DNA from: a virus
DNA length: 43,428 nt
Direction: 5' to 3' (one strand)
Virus record (IMG/VR): IMGVR_UViG_3300045988_029530
Span: 1 to 43,428 of that record
The notes under the pieces are model-generated. The model made no database searches and had not been told where the DNA came from. It saw only the letters and a list, made by a program, of their open reading frames with translations. The translations under genes and the position numbers were made by a program. Every line of letters begins with the position of its first letter. Position 1 is the first letter of the stretch. Positions 1 to 6,872 of this stretch are shown here, piece after piece.

Positions 1-119
1 GTTTTTGCACAGATACTTTCGCTCCATGATCTTCACTCCCATCTTTTCTTCTCCTTGGTCACAAACTTAGGGCTTTACCGAGCCGCGAAGATACGCGCGC
101 GCGCGTATCGAAAAAAAAC
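1..119. repeat. Left copy of the 119-bp direct terminal repeat (same as 43310..43428)
   Basis: Base-for-base identity read by eye: gtttttgcacagatactttcgctccatg...cgcgtatcgaaaaaaaac. It contains the first 14 codons and SD of the Rep-like gene, so 1..42 duplicates a CDS 5' end. Confidence 0.95.
90..109. repeat. Perfect 20-bp palindrome GATACGCGCGCGCGCGTATC with an alternating (CG)n core, followed by A8 and an AT-rich tract; candidate origin or nick-site hairpin
   Basis: The sequence equals its own reverse complement. The same locus is seen again at 43399..43418. It lies about 50 nt upstream of the Rep-like gene start on the minus strand and next to caaattgtatatatgtat (119..137). Confidence 0.6.
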
Positions 120-174
120 AAATTGTATATATGTATCGGTCGCTCTATTTCCCGCCCGCTGCGCGGGCAGAAAA

Positions 175-210
175 TACAATTCCCGAGTGCGGGCCGGTTT
201 TCCGGCCCGC
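175..210 (-). terminator. Stem-loop after the last early gene (GCGGGCCGG-AAAA-CCGGCCCGC) with a weak U tract
   Basis: 9-bp GC stem at 189..210, immediately after the stop at 215. The downstream minus-strand sequence acucgggaauuguauuuucu is only moderately U-rich. A second small hairpin GCCCGC-tgc-GCGGGC sits at 154..168. Confidence 0.4.
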
Positions 211-214
211 CGTT

Positions 215-580
215 TCATCTCTGTTGCTTTTGCCACCGCCGGAGCGCCGCCGTCTCCACCGCGACCTTTGCTTTCAGCACTTCCTCGAAGTCCACCTCCA
301 GCAGGCTCGCCGCCTGAAGCCGCGCATCGATTGTCGCATACGCTCTGACCTCCACCGGATCGTGCCCCGGCAGCAGCACCTGCATCCGCACCGGTTCCCG
401 GAAAACGTAGCCTCCCGTCTCCGCCGTGGCCTGCATCATGCCCTTCGCAGCCGCAGCACATCCATATCCCGCGCCGTTTTCGACCACTGCACGCCCAGCT
501 CCTTCGCCGCCTGCTTCGTCGCGGCCAGCTTGTCCGCTGCTCTGACCTCCACGGTCTTTTCGTTCAATGTTACTTGCCAT
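215..580 (-). CDS. Hypothetical early protein (121 aa from ATG 580)
   Basis: ORF with GAGGAG 8 nt upstream of ATG 580; the track start at 589 is GTG. The C-terminal half has protein-like composition (GGYVFREPVRMQVLLPGHDPVEVRAYATIDARL), while the N-terminal third is Gly/Ala-rich. Confidence 0.55.
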   Translation of the reverse strand: MASNIERKDRGGQSSGQAGRDEAGGEGAGRAVVENGAGYGCAAAAKGMMQATAETGGYVFREPVRMQVLLPGHDPVEVRAYATIDARLQAASLLEVDFEEVLKAKVAVETAALRRWQKQQR

Positions 581-592
581 ACATAGCACTCC

Positions 593-913
593 TCACGCAT
601 TGTCCCGCTTCCTTTCCGGCAGTCTGCCCGTCATGTATACATAGCCCCGCAGCTTTCCATAGCTGCCGTAACCCTCGCGCCGGTATGTCCATGCAAGCAC
701 TGTGACCTCCTCCAGCGTCATCCCGTCCAGTGGGTTCAGGCCGCATTCCTGCCGCGCCCGCGCTACCGTCTCCAGCTCCGCGCCGTTGAGCGTCTCCGGC
801 AGCCTGACCGTCCTTCCCTGCATCTGGCAGATCTCGCAGACCCACAGCCGCACCGGCGGCATCGGTTCTCCGCAGCACCTGCACCGCCGCACACTGCTTT
901 TCCTCTTCCTCAT
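593..913 (-). CDS. Hypothetical protein with an N-terminal zinc ribbon (CRCCG...CEIC)
   Basis: ATG start overlapping the upstream stop (ATGACATGAGG). Contains a Cys4 motif. Confidence 0.65.
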   Translation of the reverse strand: MRKRKSSVRRCRCCGEPMPPVRLWVCEICQMQGRTVRLPETLNGAELETVARARQECGLNPLDGMTLEEVTVLAWTYRREGYGSYGKLRGYVYMTGRLPERKRDNA

Positions 914-1038
914 GTCATGCCCTCCGTCGGTTCATCAGTCCCCAGCTCCCGCGCTTTCGCTTGGATCTCCGCCGCATCCATTACCGGCGCGTCCTCCTTC
1001 TCCGGCTGCTCTGTACTCACTTTCTCGGTATCAGTCAT
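910..1038 (-). CDS. Small acidic hypothetical protein (42 aa), below the ORF-track cutoff
   Basis: Hand translation MTDTEKVSTEQPEKEDAPVMDAAEIQAKARELGTDEPTEGMT. Its start overlaps the upstream stop (ATGACTGA) and its stop overlaps the next ATG, giving a translationally coupled chain. Confidence 0.4.
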   Translation of the reverse strand: MTDTEKVSTEQPEKEDAPVMDAAEIQAKARELGTDEPTEGMT

Positions 1039-1600
1039 CGGCAGCCTCCCTTTTCACTCCGTCCGCGCAGAAGAAGTCCCCCCGCACGATGCGACCCGCG
1101 TTTTCCTTACATCCCTTATAGCAGCGCATCAGTCCCGCAACATCCTCGTAGCTATATTCGCAGTCCTTGCAGCATACCAACGAAGCGTTCGCCTTTATCA
1201 GGTCGCACAAAGGCCTTTTATATTCGATTTCCCCGTTCATTTTGACTCTGACGGCCGGTAAGCTCTCCGCGTACTCCATAACGGATTCCACCCCGCTCCA
1301 AAAATGCCAGTCCCCAAACGTTTGCTTGAAAGTGTCATCCCGCAGGGGACACTTCAGTAGATCAGCCAGATCAACGTACACTGTCACGCTCTTCAGCTCG
1401 AGTTTCTCCGGCTCTTCCCCGATTCGCGTATACGCTTTGCACTCGACAAACGGCAGCTTCTCCGCGTACTCCATCGCCGCCTCCACGCCGTCCACGAAGC
1501 GTGTGTTCGCTTTTCCCTTGTCGCAAGTCGCCCGCCGCAGTGGGTATGCCAGCATGTCATCCCGTTTAATGTACTTCGTCGCTTCAATGCGTTTTGCCAT
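1031..1600 (-). CDS. Hypothetical protein with an internal duplication and a Cys-rich C-terminus
   Basis: GGAGG 6 nt before the ATG. Repeated segment GVEAAMEYAEKLPFVE / GVESVMEYAESLPAVRV. C-terminal motif CCKDCEYSYED...CYKGC...FFC. Confidence 0.75.
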   Translation of the reverse strand: MAKRIEATKYIKRDDMLAYPLRRATCDKGKANTRFVDGVEAAMEYAEKLPFVECKAYTRIGEEPEKLELKSVTVYVDLADLLKCPLRDDTFKQTFGDWHFWSGVESVMEYAESLPAVRVKMNGEIEYKRPLCDLIKANASLVCCKDCEYSYEDVAGLMRCYKGCKENAGRIVRGDFFCADGVKREAADD

Positions 1601-1868
1601 TGTCTACCTCCATTTTCGCGCCGCACACATCGCAGTATGCAGCTCTGTACTCGTCCCACTCGTGTTCTTCGCCGCACTCCGAGCAGATTTGACAGCCATC
1701 TTCCTCAATCCAGTGTCCCCGCCGCACGGGTGCGACATCTGCGGCAGGCAATCGGTGTACTGCTTCTTCTGCCTCAAAAACGCGTTCTCTCGCCTTGTAC
1801 CCGGCAGTTCTGACGTACACCTTCATTATTGCGTCAATCGCAGCTTCTCGTTCAATGTATTCAGCCAT
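1584..1868 (-). CDS. Hypothetical zinc-ribbon protein
   Basis: CQICSECG...CDVCG Cys4 motif. ATG start overlaps the upstream gene by 8 nt. Confidence 0.7.
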   Translation of the reverse strand: MAEYIEREAAIDAIMKVYVRTAGYKARERVFEAEEAVHRLPAADVAPVRRGHWIEEDGCQICSECGEEHEWDEYRAAYCDVCGAKMEVDNGKTH

Positions 1869-2142
1869 TGTCTATTCTCTCTTTCAGCCGCTCCACTTTG
1901 TGCCTGCGCATGGAACGCACATCATCAGCGCAGCAAAACAACATCTTCATTTGCTCGAGCATGATCTCCACATCGGCGATTTCCTCGGCGATGCTTGCGG
2001 GCGAGTATTTGCCACGCAGGTATTTGCACAGCTCCTTCTGTAGCTCGCTCATCTCCTCTATCGTTACCACGATCTGCAAAGCAGAGCCGTAGGTGTCCAG
2101 CGCTCTCTGAAGCACTGCCGATTCATCGATGTATTCAGCCAT
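1861..2142 (-). CDS. Small MazG-like (all-alpha NTP pyrophosphohydrolase-type) protein
   Basis: 93 aa with paired acidic helices, IEEMSELQKELCKYLRG and IAEEIADVEIMLEQM, typical of short phage MazG-family proteins (recognised by motif only). Confidence 0.5.
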   Translation of the reverse strand: MAEYIDESAVLQRALDTYGSALQIVVTIEEMSELQKELCKYLRGKYSPASIAEEIADVEIMLEQMKMLFCCADDVRSMRRHKVERLKERIDNG

Positions 2143-2503
2143 CCCTTACCATCCTTTCCAGCCAGTCGATGATTTGCTCCTCGACCTGAACGCGCCCTTT
2201 GTAAACCCCCATCGGCATGATACTGTTCACGCTTTCGGCCATAATGTAGTTTTCATCATCGTTCTGACGCTGCCTTTTTAGATGCCCAAGCTCGAACTTC
2301 AGCGCAGCATTTTTCACTTCCAGCTTTTTGTTCCCGTATTGCCTCGGGCCGATGTCCGGCGCTCTGTTTATGGTGTTCTCGATTACTTGCAGCACCCGCA
2401 GAATCGTGTCGGGATCGCAGACCTCGGTGTTCCACGTTTTGAGGTTTTTGTATTCGCTCAGCTCTTTCATCAGCCACTCGCGGCTTATGTAACGGTCAGC
2501 CAT
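2135..2503 (-). CDS. Hypothetical protein (122 aa from ATG 2503)
   Basis: AGGAGG 7 nt upstream of ATG 2503. The longer track ORF (to 2596) has a Gly/Arg/Ala-rich, non-protein-like N-terminus overlapping the upstream gene. Confidence 0.7.
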   Translation of the reverse strand: MADRYISREWLMKELSEYKNLKTWNTEVCDPDTILRVLQVIENTINRAPDIGPRQYGNKKLEVKNAALKFELGHLKRQRQNDDENYIMAESVNSIMPMGVYKGRVQVEEQIIDWLERMVRDG

Positions 2504-2514
2504 TTCCCGTCCTC

Positions 2515-2811
2515 CTATTTTACTTCCTGCTCGAAGTAGACCGCCAGCTTCGGCTTGATATCCTCCGGCACGTCCGGCTTTAGGATGTTTGCCCACGACA
2601 ACACCCGCCAGAACGGGTTCTTCTCGCTGATGCTGTCGAAGTGTCCTCTTTTGGCATCGTACCAGTCGGTGTAAATTTCGACATCGCCCTTTCCTACAAG
2701 TAGCTTACCTGTCTCCGGGTCGCGCATGTTCTTCAGTGCTTCCACAATCACGTAATACTCGCCGCTCTCCGGCGGCGCGATCTCGCCGTTAATCCAGTTT
2801 ACTTTTGCCAT
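2515..2811 (-). CDS. Hypothetical protein, DUF551-like flavour
   Basis: AAGGAG 7 nt before the ATG. Reads WINGEIAPPESGEYYVIV..., resembling small phage DUF551-type proteins (weak). Confidence 0.65.
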   Translation of the reverse strand: MAKVNWINGEIAPPESGEYYVIVEALKNMRDPETGKLLVGKGDVEIYTDWYDAKRGHFDSISEKNPFWRVLSWANILKPDVPEDIKPKLAVYFEQEVK

Positions 2812-2850
2812 TTTGTAACTCCTTCAATGCCGCCTCCGCTTCCTCGCGGG

Positions 2851-3195
2851 TCAAGAAAATTGTCTTTCCGCTCGCAAACTCGCCCCGTTTTCCGTGTCTA
2901 GAATGTAAGTAATTAGTTTTTTGTAACCCATCGCGCGGGCAGCCCTCCACGCGGCAGCATATAGCATGGAGCAGGCATTTCTTGTGCCGTCTGTGCAAAG
3001 CCGATTGACCTCTAATGTCCAGCCATTATCAAGATGCCGTGCGACCGGTCTCCCAACAATCGCTACCCCGACTATTTTTTCTCCATCGGTGCAGCCTATC
3101 GAGAACTTATGCCCAGCAACGGGCTTGTGATGGCGATGATGCGCTTCAACAAATGCATTCGCTTCTTTCAGGGTTATCGGGCATATTTCAAGCAT
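2851..3195 (-). CDS. XF1762-family / GNAT-fold-like protein, possibly C-terminally truncated
   Basis: ANAFVEAHHRHHKPVAGHKF...VGVAIVGRPVARHLDNGWTLEVNRLCTDGTRNACSMLYAAAWRAARAMGYKKLITYIL..ENGASLRA matches my memory of this prophage family. It ends about 30-40 aa earlier than usual. The start overlaps the MTase stop by 8 nt. Confidence 0.55.
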   Translation of the reverse strand: MLEICPITLKEANAFVEAHHRHHKPVAGHKFSIGCTDGEKIVGVAIVGRPVARHLDNGWTLEVNRLCTDGTRNACSMLYAAAWRAARAMGYKKLITYILDTENGASLRAERQFS

Positions 3196-4069
3196 CAGCG
3201 CTTTCCTCCATCCTCGTTAATTCCTCCCGCAGAGCGCGGAAGATCGGATATGCCTGCTGCGGTACTACCGCGTTCCCGAGGCATTTAAGTCTGTCCACCC
3301 GATGGGGAATCCCTGAAGCCACTCTACCCACGTCGGGTTCAGTTGCCCAGCAACGTCCGTCCGCAAACTCCTGTGATTCGCGCCTCCGGTCGTCCCCGTT
3401 GCGTCCGCCGCGCATGGTGTCGTTAACAAACTCATCGCAACGGCATTTGTCAGATTGCATTTCCCCGGCTCCTTCTGCCTGGGCCGGCGTCGGTTCTTTC
3501 TTCCCCCGTTCGTTGCCTGCTTCTTCATCGCCTCGTAGCTGCGGCAGGCCATACTGTCCATCGTGTTCGGTGTAGCCCACAAAGAACACCCTTGCTCTCC
3601 TGTGCCAAGCTCCGACAGCCGCAGCTTCAAATTGGAACACGACGACGTGATACCCTGTCTGCTCCAGATCCTTGACCACTTGCCCGGCGGCAATCTTGAG
3701 GATTCCAGGAACGTTTTCACCGACAACGCAATGCGGGCGCAGCTCTCGGATAACTCGGAGCATTTCAGGCCATAGGTAACGGTCATCTCCTTTTCCTTTT
3801 TGCTTTCCTGCCACGGAAAACGGCTGACAGGGGAATCCGCCGGAAATAACGTCAACTGTTCGTAGTCCTGTTCGCTCATAGAAGCTCTCCTTTGTCAAAG
3901 TCCGGATGTCGCGCCAACGCGGCACGTCCGGCCAGTGCTTTTCCAGCACCTTTGTGGGATAGTCGGCAAATTCGCACTGTCCGACGGTTTCAAACCCGGC
4001 CCATTCCGCCGCCAGATCCAGCCCGCCGATGCCGCTAAACAGGCTCAGGTGCGTCACCCCCGGCATCAT
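3188..4069 (-). CDS. DNA (cytosine-5)-methyltransferase
   Basis: Motif I LFSGIGGLDLA, IV GGFPCQPFSVAGK, VI VVGENVPGIL, VIII GAWHRRARVFFVG, X RLKCLGNAVVPQQ. ATGA overlap with the upstream PAPS-reductase-like gene. Confidence 0.9.
   Translation of the reverse strand: MMPGVTHLSLFSGIGGLDLAAEWAGFETVGQCEFADYPTKVLEKHWPDVPRWRDIRTLTKESFYERTGLRTVDVISGGFPCQPFSVAGKQKGKGDDRYLWPEMLRVIRELRPHCVVGENVPGILKIAAGQVVKDLEQTGYHVVVFQFEAAAVGAWHRRARVFFVGYTEHDGQYGLPQLRGDEEAGNERGKKEPTPAQAEGAGEMQSDKCRCDEFVNDTMRGGRNGDDRRRESQEFADGRCWATEPDVGRVASGIPHRVDRLKCLGNAVVPQQAYPIFRALREELTRMEESADA
3265..3879 (-). CDS. Nested +1-frame ORF (204 aa) inside the methyltransferase gene; TRD / motif-IX-like product
   Basis: ATG 3879 preceded by AAGGAG with a 7-nt spacer. 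The product contains LTLFPADSPVS, MTVTYGLKCSEL, SLWATPNTMD, LTTPCAADA and LNPTWVEWLQGFPIGWTDL. Hand-counted GC3 is higher than in the outer frame over the overlap. See the corresponding finding. Confidence 0.45.
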   Translation of the reverse strand: MSEQDYEQLTLFPADSPVSRFPWQESKKEKEMTVTYGLKCSELSESCARIALSVKTFLESSRLPPGKWSRIWSRQGITSSCSNLKLRLSELGTGEQGCSLWATPNTMDSMACRSYEAMKKQATNGGRKNRRRPRQKEPGKCNLTNAVAMSLLTTPCAADATGTTGGANHRSLRTDVAGQLNPTWVEWLQGFPIGWTDLNASGTR

Positions 4070-4950
4070 CCTTCCTCCTCAAACAGTGACATTTGCCCCG
4101 GTAGCACGCCGTCCTCCATCCACCAGTGGAAAACGTCCACACCAGTGTTTCCCCACCGCTTTTCGGCCTCAGTCTTGCCGCGCTTGCGCCGCTCATTTAG
4201 CATCCTGTCAAAGGCCATGATGTAGGCCTTTTGATACTTTGGATACTTCGCAAACTCCACCGTTCGGTGCTTTCCTGCCATCGGACATCCGATGCAGCCG
4301 ACGCGCTTCCAGCCGCAGGCGTAAAGCGGGTTCATCTGGATTTTTTCGCTCTCGCAGTAGTCCAGCACATCCCGCTCTGCCCAGTCGATTATCGGATTCG
4401 CAATTCTTTTCCCTTTTAATTGGCAAGTTTCAAACAGCCGTCGATCTTCGTCGTTGTCGTTTAGCAGAATCAGGCTTTTCTTCCTGTCGCGGTGTTGCAC
4501 TTCAAGGCTTCCACGGTTCTTGGCTCTGGCGGCGCTTTCTTCCCAGCGGACACCCGTCGCGATAAAGCGTCCTCTCCCGCCGCCCTCTTTCAGCTCAGCG
4601 CAGCAGTATCGTTTTAGCCGTGTTGGAGGCATCAGCTTCCGAGGAATCAGGTTCCACATGGTAACGCGCTTACCGTTTGGCCGAGCATGCATGTCTACTT
4701 CGCATTTAATTCCGCGTTCTTCGAGGCGTCGGAAGGTACCACGGATGTGATAGACTGTTTCCGGCGCATCCGCTGTTGTCAGGCTGTGCAATACCTCAAA
4801 TGGAATTCCGCTATTTTCGGCCAGCCGTATAAGCACGTCGCTGTCCTTCCCGCCAGAGTAGGCGATCAGAAGCGGCATCTTGAAAAGCCGCAGGGACATA
4901 TCCGAGGCGCATTTTAGCCGCTCGATCGCGGTTTGCTCAAGATCGCTCAT
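4066..4950 (-). CDS. Phosphoadenosine-phosphosulfate (PAPS) reductase family / N-type ATP-pyrophosphatase-like protein
   Basis: P-loop-like AYSGGKDSDVL motif and a C-terminal Cys cluster (CGWKRVGCIGCP). GGAGG 5 nt before the ATG. Confidence 0.85.
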   Translation of the reverse strand: MSDLEQTAIERLKCASDMSLRLFKMPLLIAYSGGKDSDVLIRLAENSGIPFEVLHSLTTADAPETVYHIRGTFRRLEERGIKCEVDMHARPNGKRVTMWNLIPRKLMPPTRLKRYCCAELKEGGGRGRFIATGVRWEESAARAKNRGSLEVQHRDRKKSLILLNDNDEDRRLFETCQLKGKRIANPIIDWAERDVLDYCESEKIQMNPLYACGWKRVGCIGCPMAGKHRTVEFAKYPKYQKAYIMAFDRMLNERRKRGKTEAEKRWGNTGVDVFHWWMEDGVLPGQMSLFEEEG

Positions 4951-4967
4951 TCCATCCTCCCCAGCGC

Positions 4968-5153
4968 CTACACTCTCGCCATTCTCACGCCGAAAACCAC
5001 CTGATGCCCGCAGCGAGGGCAGTCCATTGCTTCAAAGGTTTTTGTGCAAGATGTAAGCGCCTCAGCAAACCAAAGCGTTTCTCTCGCCTCGTAAAGCAGC
5101 TCTTTCTGCGGCAGCATCTTGAAACCGCAAACGTCGCATTTGATCTTTTTCAT
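4968..5153 (-). CDS. Small zinc-ribbon protein (61 aa from ATG 5153)
   Basis: CDVCG...CPRCG. ATG 5153 lies 4 nt after the upstream stop, with GGAGG upstream. Confidence 0.6.
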   Translation of the reverse strand: MKKIKCDVCGFKMLPQKELLYEARETLWFAEALTSCTKTFEAMDCPRCGHQVVFGVRMARV

Positions 5154-5157
5154 CCCG

Positions 5158-5844
5158 TCACACCTCCACAAATTTCCCGCCGACGCATTTGTACCACGTC
5201 TTTTCTTTGATCGTTACGCCGTCCACGATTCCGGCCGCGACGGAGACAATCTGGTATGTATTGCCATCCCATTCGCCGCGCTCCACGGCGAAGATCGCGC
5301 AGCCGATAGCGCCCATTACACGCCCATCACGTCCGGATGCCATAGCGACCGACGCTTCGCCCGTCGCAGAGGCCGCGCCCCAATTGCCCGTCGCAGAGGC
5401 TGCGCCCCAATTGCCCGTCGCAGAGGCTGCGCCCAGATCGCCCGTCGCAGAGGCTGCGCCCTGATTGCCCGTCGCATATTTATCCGGAGACTCTCTCGCC
5501 TTTTTGATCTTTTCGTCAAAACCGATTGTGTTCTTGACCCATTCGATCTGTGCTTTGACGAGGCCGGGAATCCCGATCTCAGTGCCGATCTTTATTGTTT
5601 TCGCGCAAATCTTGCTGTCATCGCTTTTCTTGTCGCACACTTCGTCCAGCTCTACCATCCGGTAGATGCTTCCATCGCCCGGCGGATAGTGTCCAAGCAC
5701 ATTCAGCGGCATTGTGCAGGCGTGGAACCCGCTGTTGCAAAGCTCTGCCTTGTCCTCGTGATAAGTTTCGCCCTCGGCAAACTGGAAGCCTTGGCATTTC
5801 ATGCCCTTGTCAAAGCCCTTGTAGGCGATAATTGGTTCGCTCAT
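5158..5844 (-). CDS. Repeat-containing hypothetical protein (AYKGF... N-terminal domain plus ATGxxGAAS tandem repeats)
   Basis: GGAGG SD. N-terminus AYKGFDKGMKCQGFQFAEGETYHEDKAELCNSGFHAC, a pattern I recall from a conserved phage/bacterial family. Central repeats are ATGNQGAAS ATGDLGAAS ATGNWGAAS ATGNWGAAS ATGEASVA. Confidence 0.8.
   Translation of the reverse strand: MSEPIIAYKGFDKGMKCQGFQFAEGETYHEDKAELCNSGFHACTMPLNVLGHYPPGDGSIYRMVELDEVCDKKSDDSKICAKTIKIGTEIGIPGLVKAQIEWVKNTIGFDEKIKKARESPDKYATGNQGAASATGDLGAASATGNWGAASATGNWGAASATGEASVAMASGRDGRVMGAIGCAIFAVERGEWDGNTYQIVSVAAGIVDGVTIKEKTWYKCVGGKFVEV
5359..5477. repeat. 27-bp tandem repeat, about 4.4 copies (gcccgtcgcagaggcYgcgccccaatt), in frame within the CDS 5158..5844
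   Basis: Units begin at 5359, 5386, 5413 and 5440, with a partial unit at 5467. Units 1 and 2 differ at a single base (c/t); units 3 and 4 diverge at the 3' end. Confidence 0.9.
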
Positions 5845-6152
5845 GTGTTTTCCTCCATCTTCTCCAGCACCTCCCGCAGCTTGTCCTTCCCCGCTGCGGC
5901 AATCACCGCAAGCGCCGTCTCATAGCTGATCTCCGGCTCGTCCAGTCCCAGCAGCCATGCCGCAGAGACGTGCAGCTCCTTCGCCACGGCTCTGGCCAGT
6001 GCCATGCTCATTTTGATCTGCCCGTTCTCCACATTTGCCACCGTCGATTGCGTGTAGTAGCACCGCTTTGCTAGTCTTTTCTGCCCGATCCCGACGGCCT
6101 GCCGCGCTGCCCGCAGGCGCTCGCCCGGTGTCATATTTCGTCCGTCTTGCAT
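5841..6152 (-). CDS. XRE-family helix-turn-helix transcriptional regulator
   Basis: GERLRAARQAVGIGQKRLAKRCYYTQSTVANVENGQ is a classic HTH_3 pattern. The start is uncertain; ATG 6134 gives an ATGA overlap with the upstream stop. Confidence 0.8.
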   Translation of the reverse strand: MQDGRNMTPGERLRAARQAVGIGQKRLAKRCYYTQSTVANVENGQIKMSMALARAVAKELHVSAAWLLGLDEPEISYETALAVIAAAGKDKLREVLEKMEENT

Positions 6153-6328
6153 AGCTCGTCGATCTCCTCGTCCTTTGCGCCCGCTGCGTTGAGCCGCGCG
6201 ATGCGCTCCAGCTTGTAGCTTTTCGTCATGCTCTCACTCATGACCGAGAGCAGCAGCAGACTGATTGCCTCATACTGCCGCCCGCTCTCTATGATCGCAT
6301 CAACCGCTTTGTGCCATCCTATTTCCAC
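6131..6328 (-). CDS. Hypothetical protein (65 aa, GTG start)
   Basis: GGAGGG 6 nt upstream of GTG 6328. The downstream part of track ORF 6131..6496 is protein-like (HKAVDAIIESGRQYEAISLLLLSVMSESM...), whereas its upstream part is Ala/Gly/Arg junk overlapping gene 6319..6537. Confidence 0.5.
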   Translation of the reverse strand: MEIGWHKAVDAIIESGRQYEAISLLLLSVMSESMTKSYKLERIARLNAAGAKDEEIDELCKTDEI

Positions 6329-6537
6329 TGCACGCCCTCCAGATACTTTGCCTCCGGCGGCATGCCCTGTGAGATCACCAGCAGCGCCAGCACCTTCCTC
6401 GGCAGCACCGGCATGGTGCAGCAGAGCGTCCAGCCGTGGCCGCCCAGCAGCAGCCGCTCTCCGGTGCGGCCTACGGTGTAGCCCGCGTTCTTCCACTCGT
6501 TTTTCAGCGCCGCAAGCAGCGCCCGCTCATTGATCAT
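6319..6537 (-). CDS. Hypothetical protein
   Basis: AAGGAG 8 nt before the ATG. Balanced composition (MINERALLAALKNEWKNAGYTVGRTGERLLLGGHGW...). Confidence 0.65.
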   Translation of the reverse strand: MINERALLAALKNEWKNAGYTVGRTGERLLLGGHGWTLCCTMPVLPRKVLALLVISQGMPPEAKYLEGVQWK

Positions 6538-6718
6538 CGTCTTTTCTCCTTTCGCACCAAGCCGGTGCCTGACATATTTCCGCGCCCCGGTATCCCTCGG
6601 GGTAAACGCTCACCACGCGCCCGCGCACCCCGCGCAGCCCGCGCCGGGTGCATTTTAAGAGGCAGCCGCCCCGATGGTTGGTCTCCTCAATCGCCGCCTC
6701 GCACTTTGCGCAGTTCAT
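6527..6718 (-). CDS. Hypothetical Cys-rich small protein
   Basis: GGAGG upstream. N-terminus MNCAKCEAAIEE..GGCLLKC. The C-terminal part is Arg/Gly-rich, which lowers confidence. Confidence 0.45.
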   Translation of the reverse strand: MNCAKCEAAIEETNHRGGCLLKCTRRGLRGVRGRVVSVYPEGYRGAEICQAPAWCERRKDDDQ

Positions 6719-6872
6719 CCTTGCATTCCTCCAGTTCCCTTGTCAGCCGGTCGATCTCCTTCGAGGCCGCCAGCATCAGGCTCAGCACGCCGCCGCAGGT
6801 CGGATACGCCTCGCATTCGCTGCACCGCTTCGCCCCCGCGCACTCGATCAGCATCCGGGAAAGATCACCCAT
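6687..6872 (-). CDS. Hypothetical small coiled-coil protein
   Basis: CSECEAYPTCGG then KEIDRLTRELEECKDELRK. Overlaps both neighbours, consistent with a coupled chain. Confidence 0.5.
   Translation of the reverse strand: MGDLSRMLIECAGAKRCSECEAYPTCGGVLSLMLAASKEIDRLTRELEECKDELRKVRGGD

Noticed and set aside
154-168. Small hairpin GCCCGC-tgc-GCGGGC, considered as a terminator
   Set aside because: No U tract follows it on either strand. It may simply be part of the structured junction region.
75-586. ORFs 55..348(+), 75..461(-), 123..317(+) and 131..586(+) around the junction
   Set aside because: They overlap the better-supported minus-strand gene 215..580 or the non-coding hairpin/palindrome region, and their composition is low-complexity Pro/Arg/Ala.
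2789-2998. Alternative-frame ORF whose tail (GKTIFLTREEAEAALKELQNGKSKLD) could extend the XF1762-like protein through a -1 shift near 2870..2880
   Set aside because: The extension does not resemble the usual C-terminus of that family as I remember it. The in-frame stop at 2851 leaves a clean SD (AAGGAG) for the next gene. A frameshift cannot be supported from the sequence alone.
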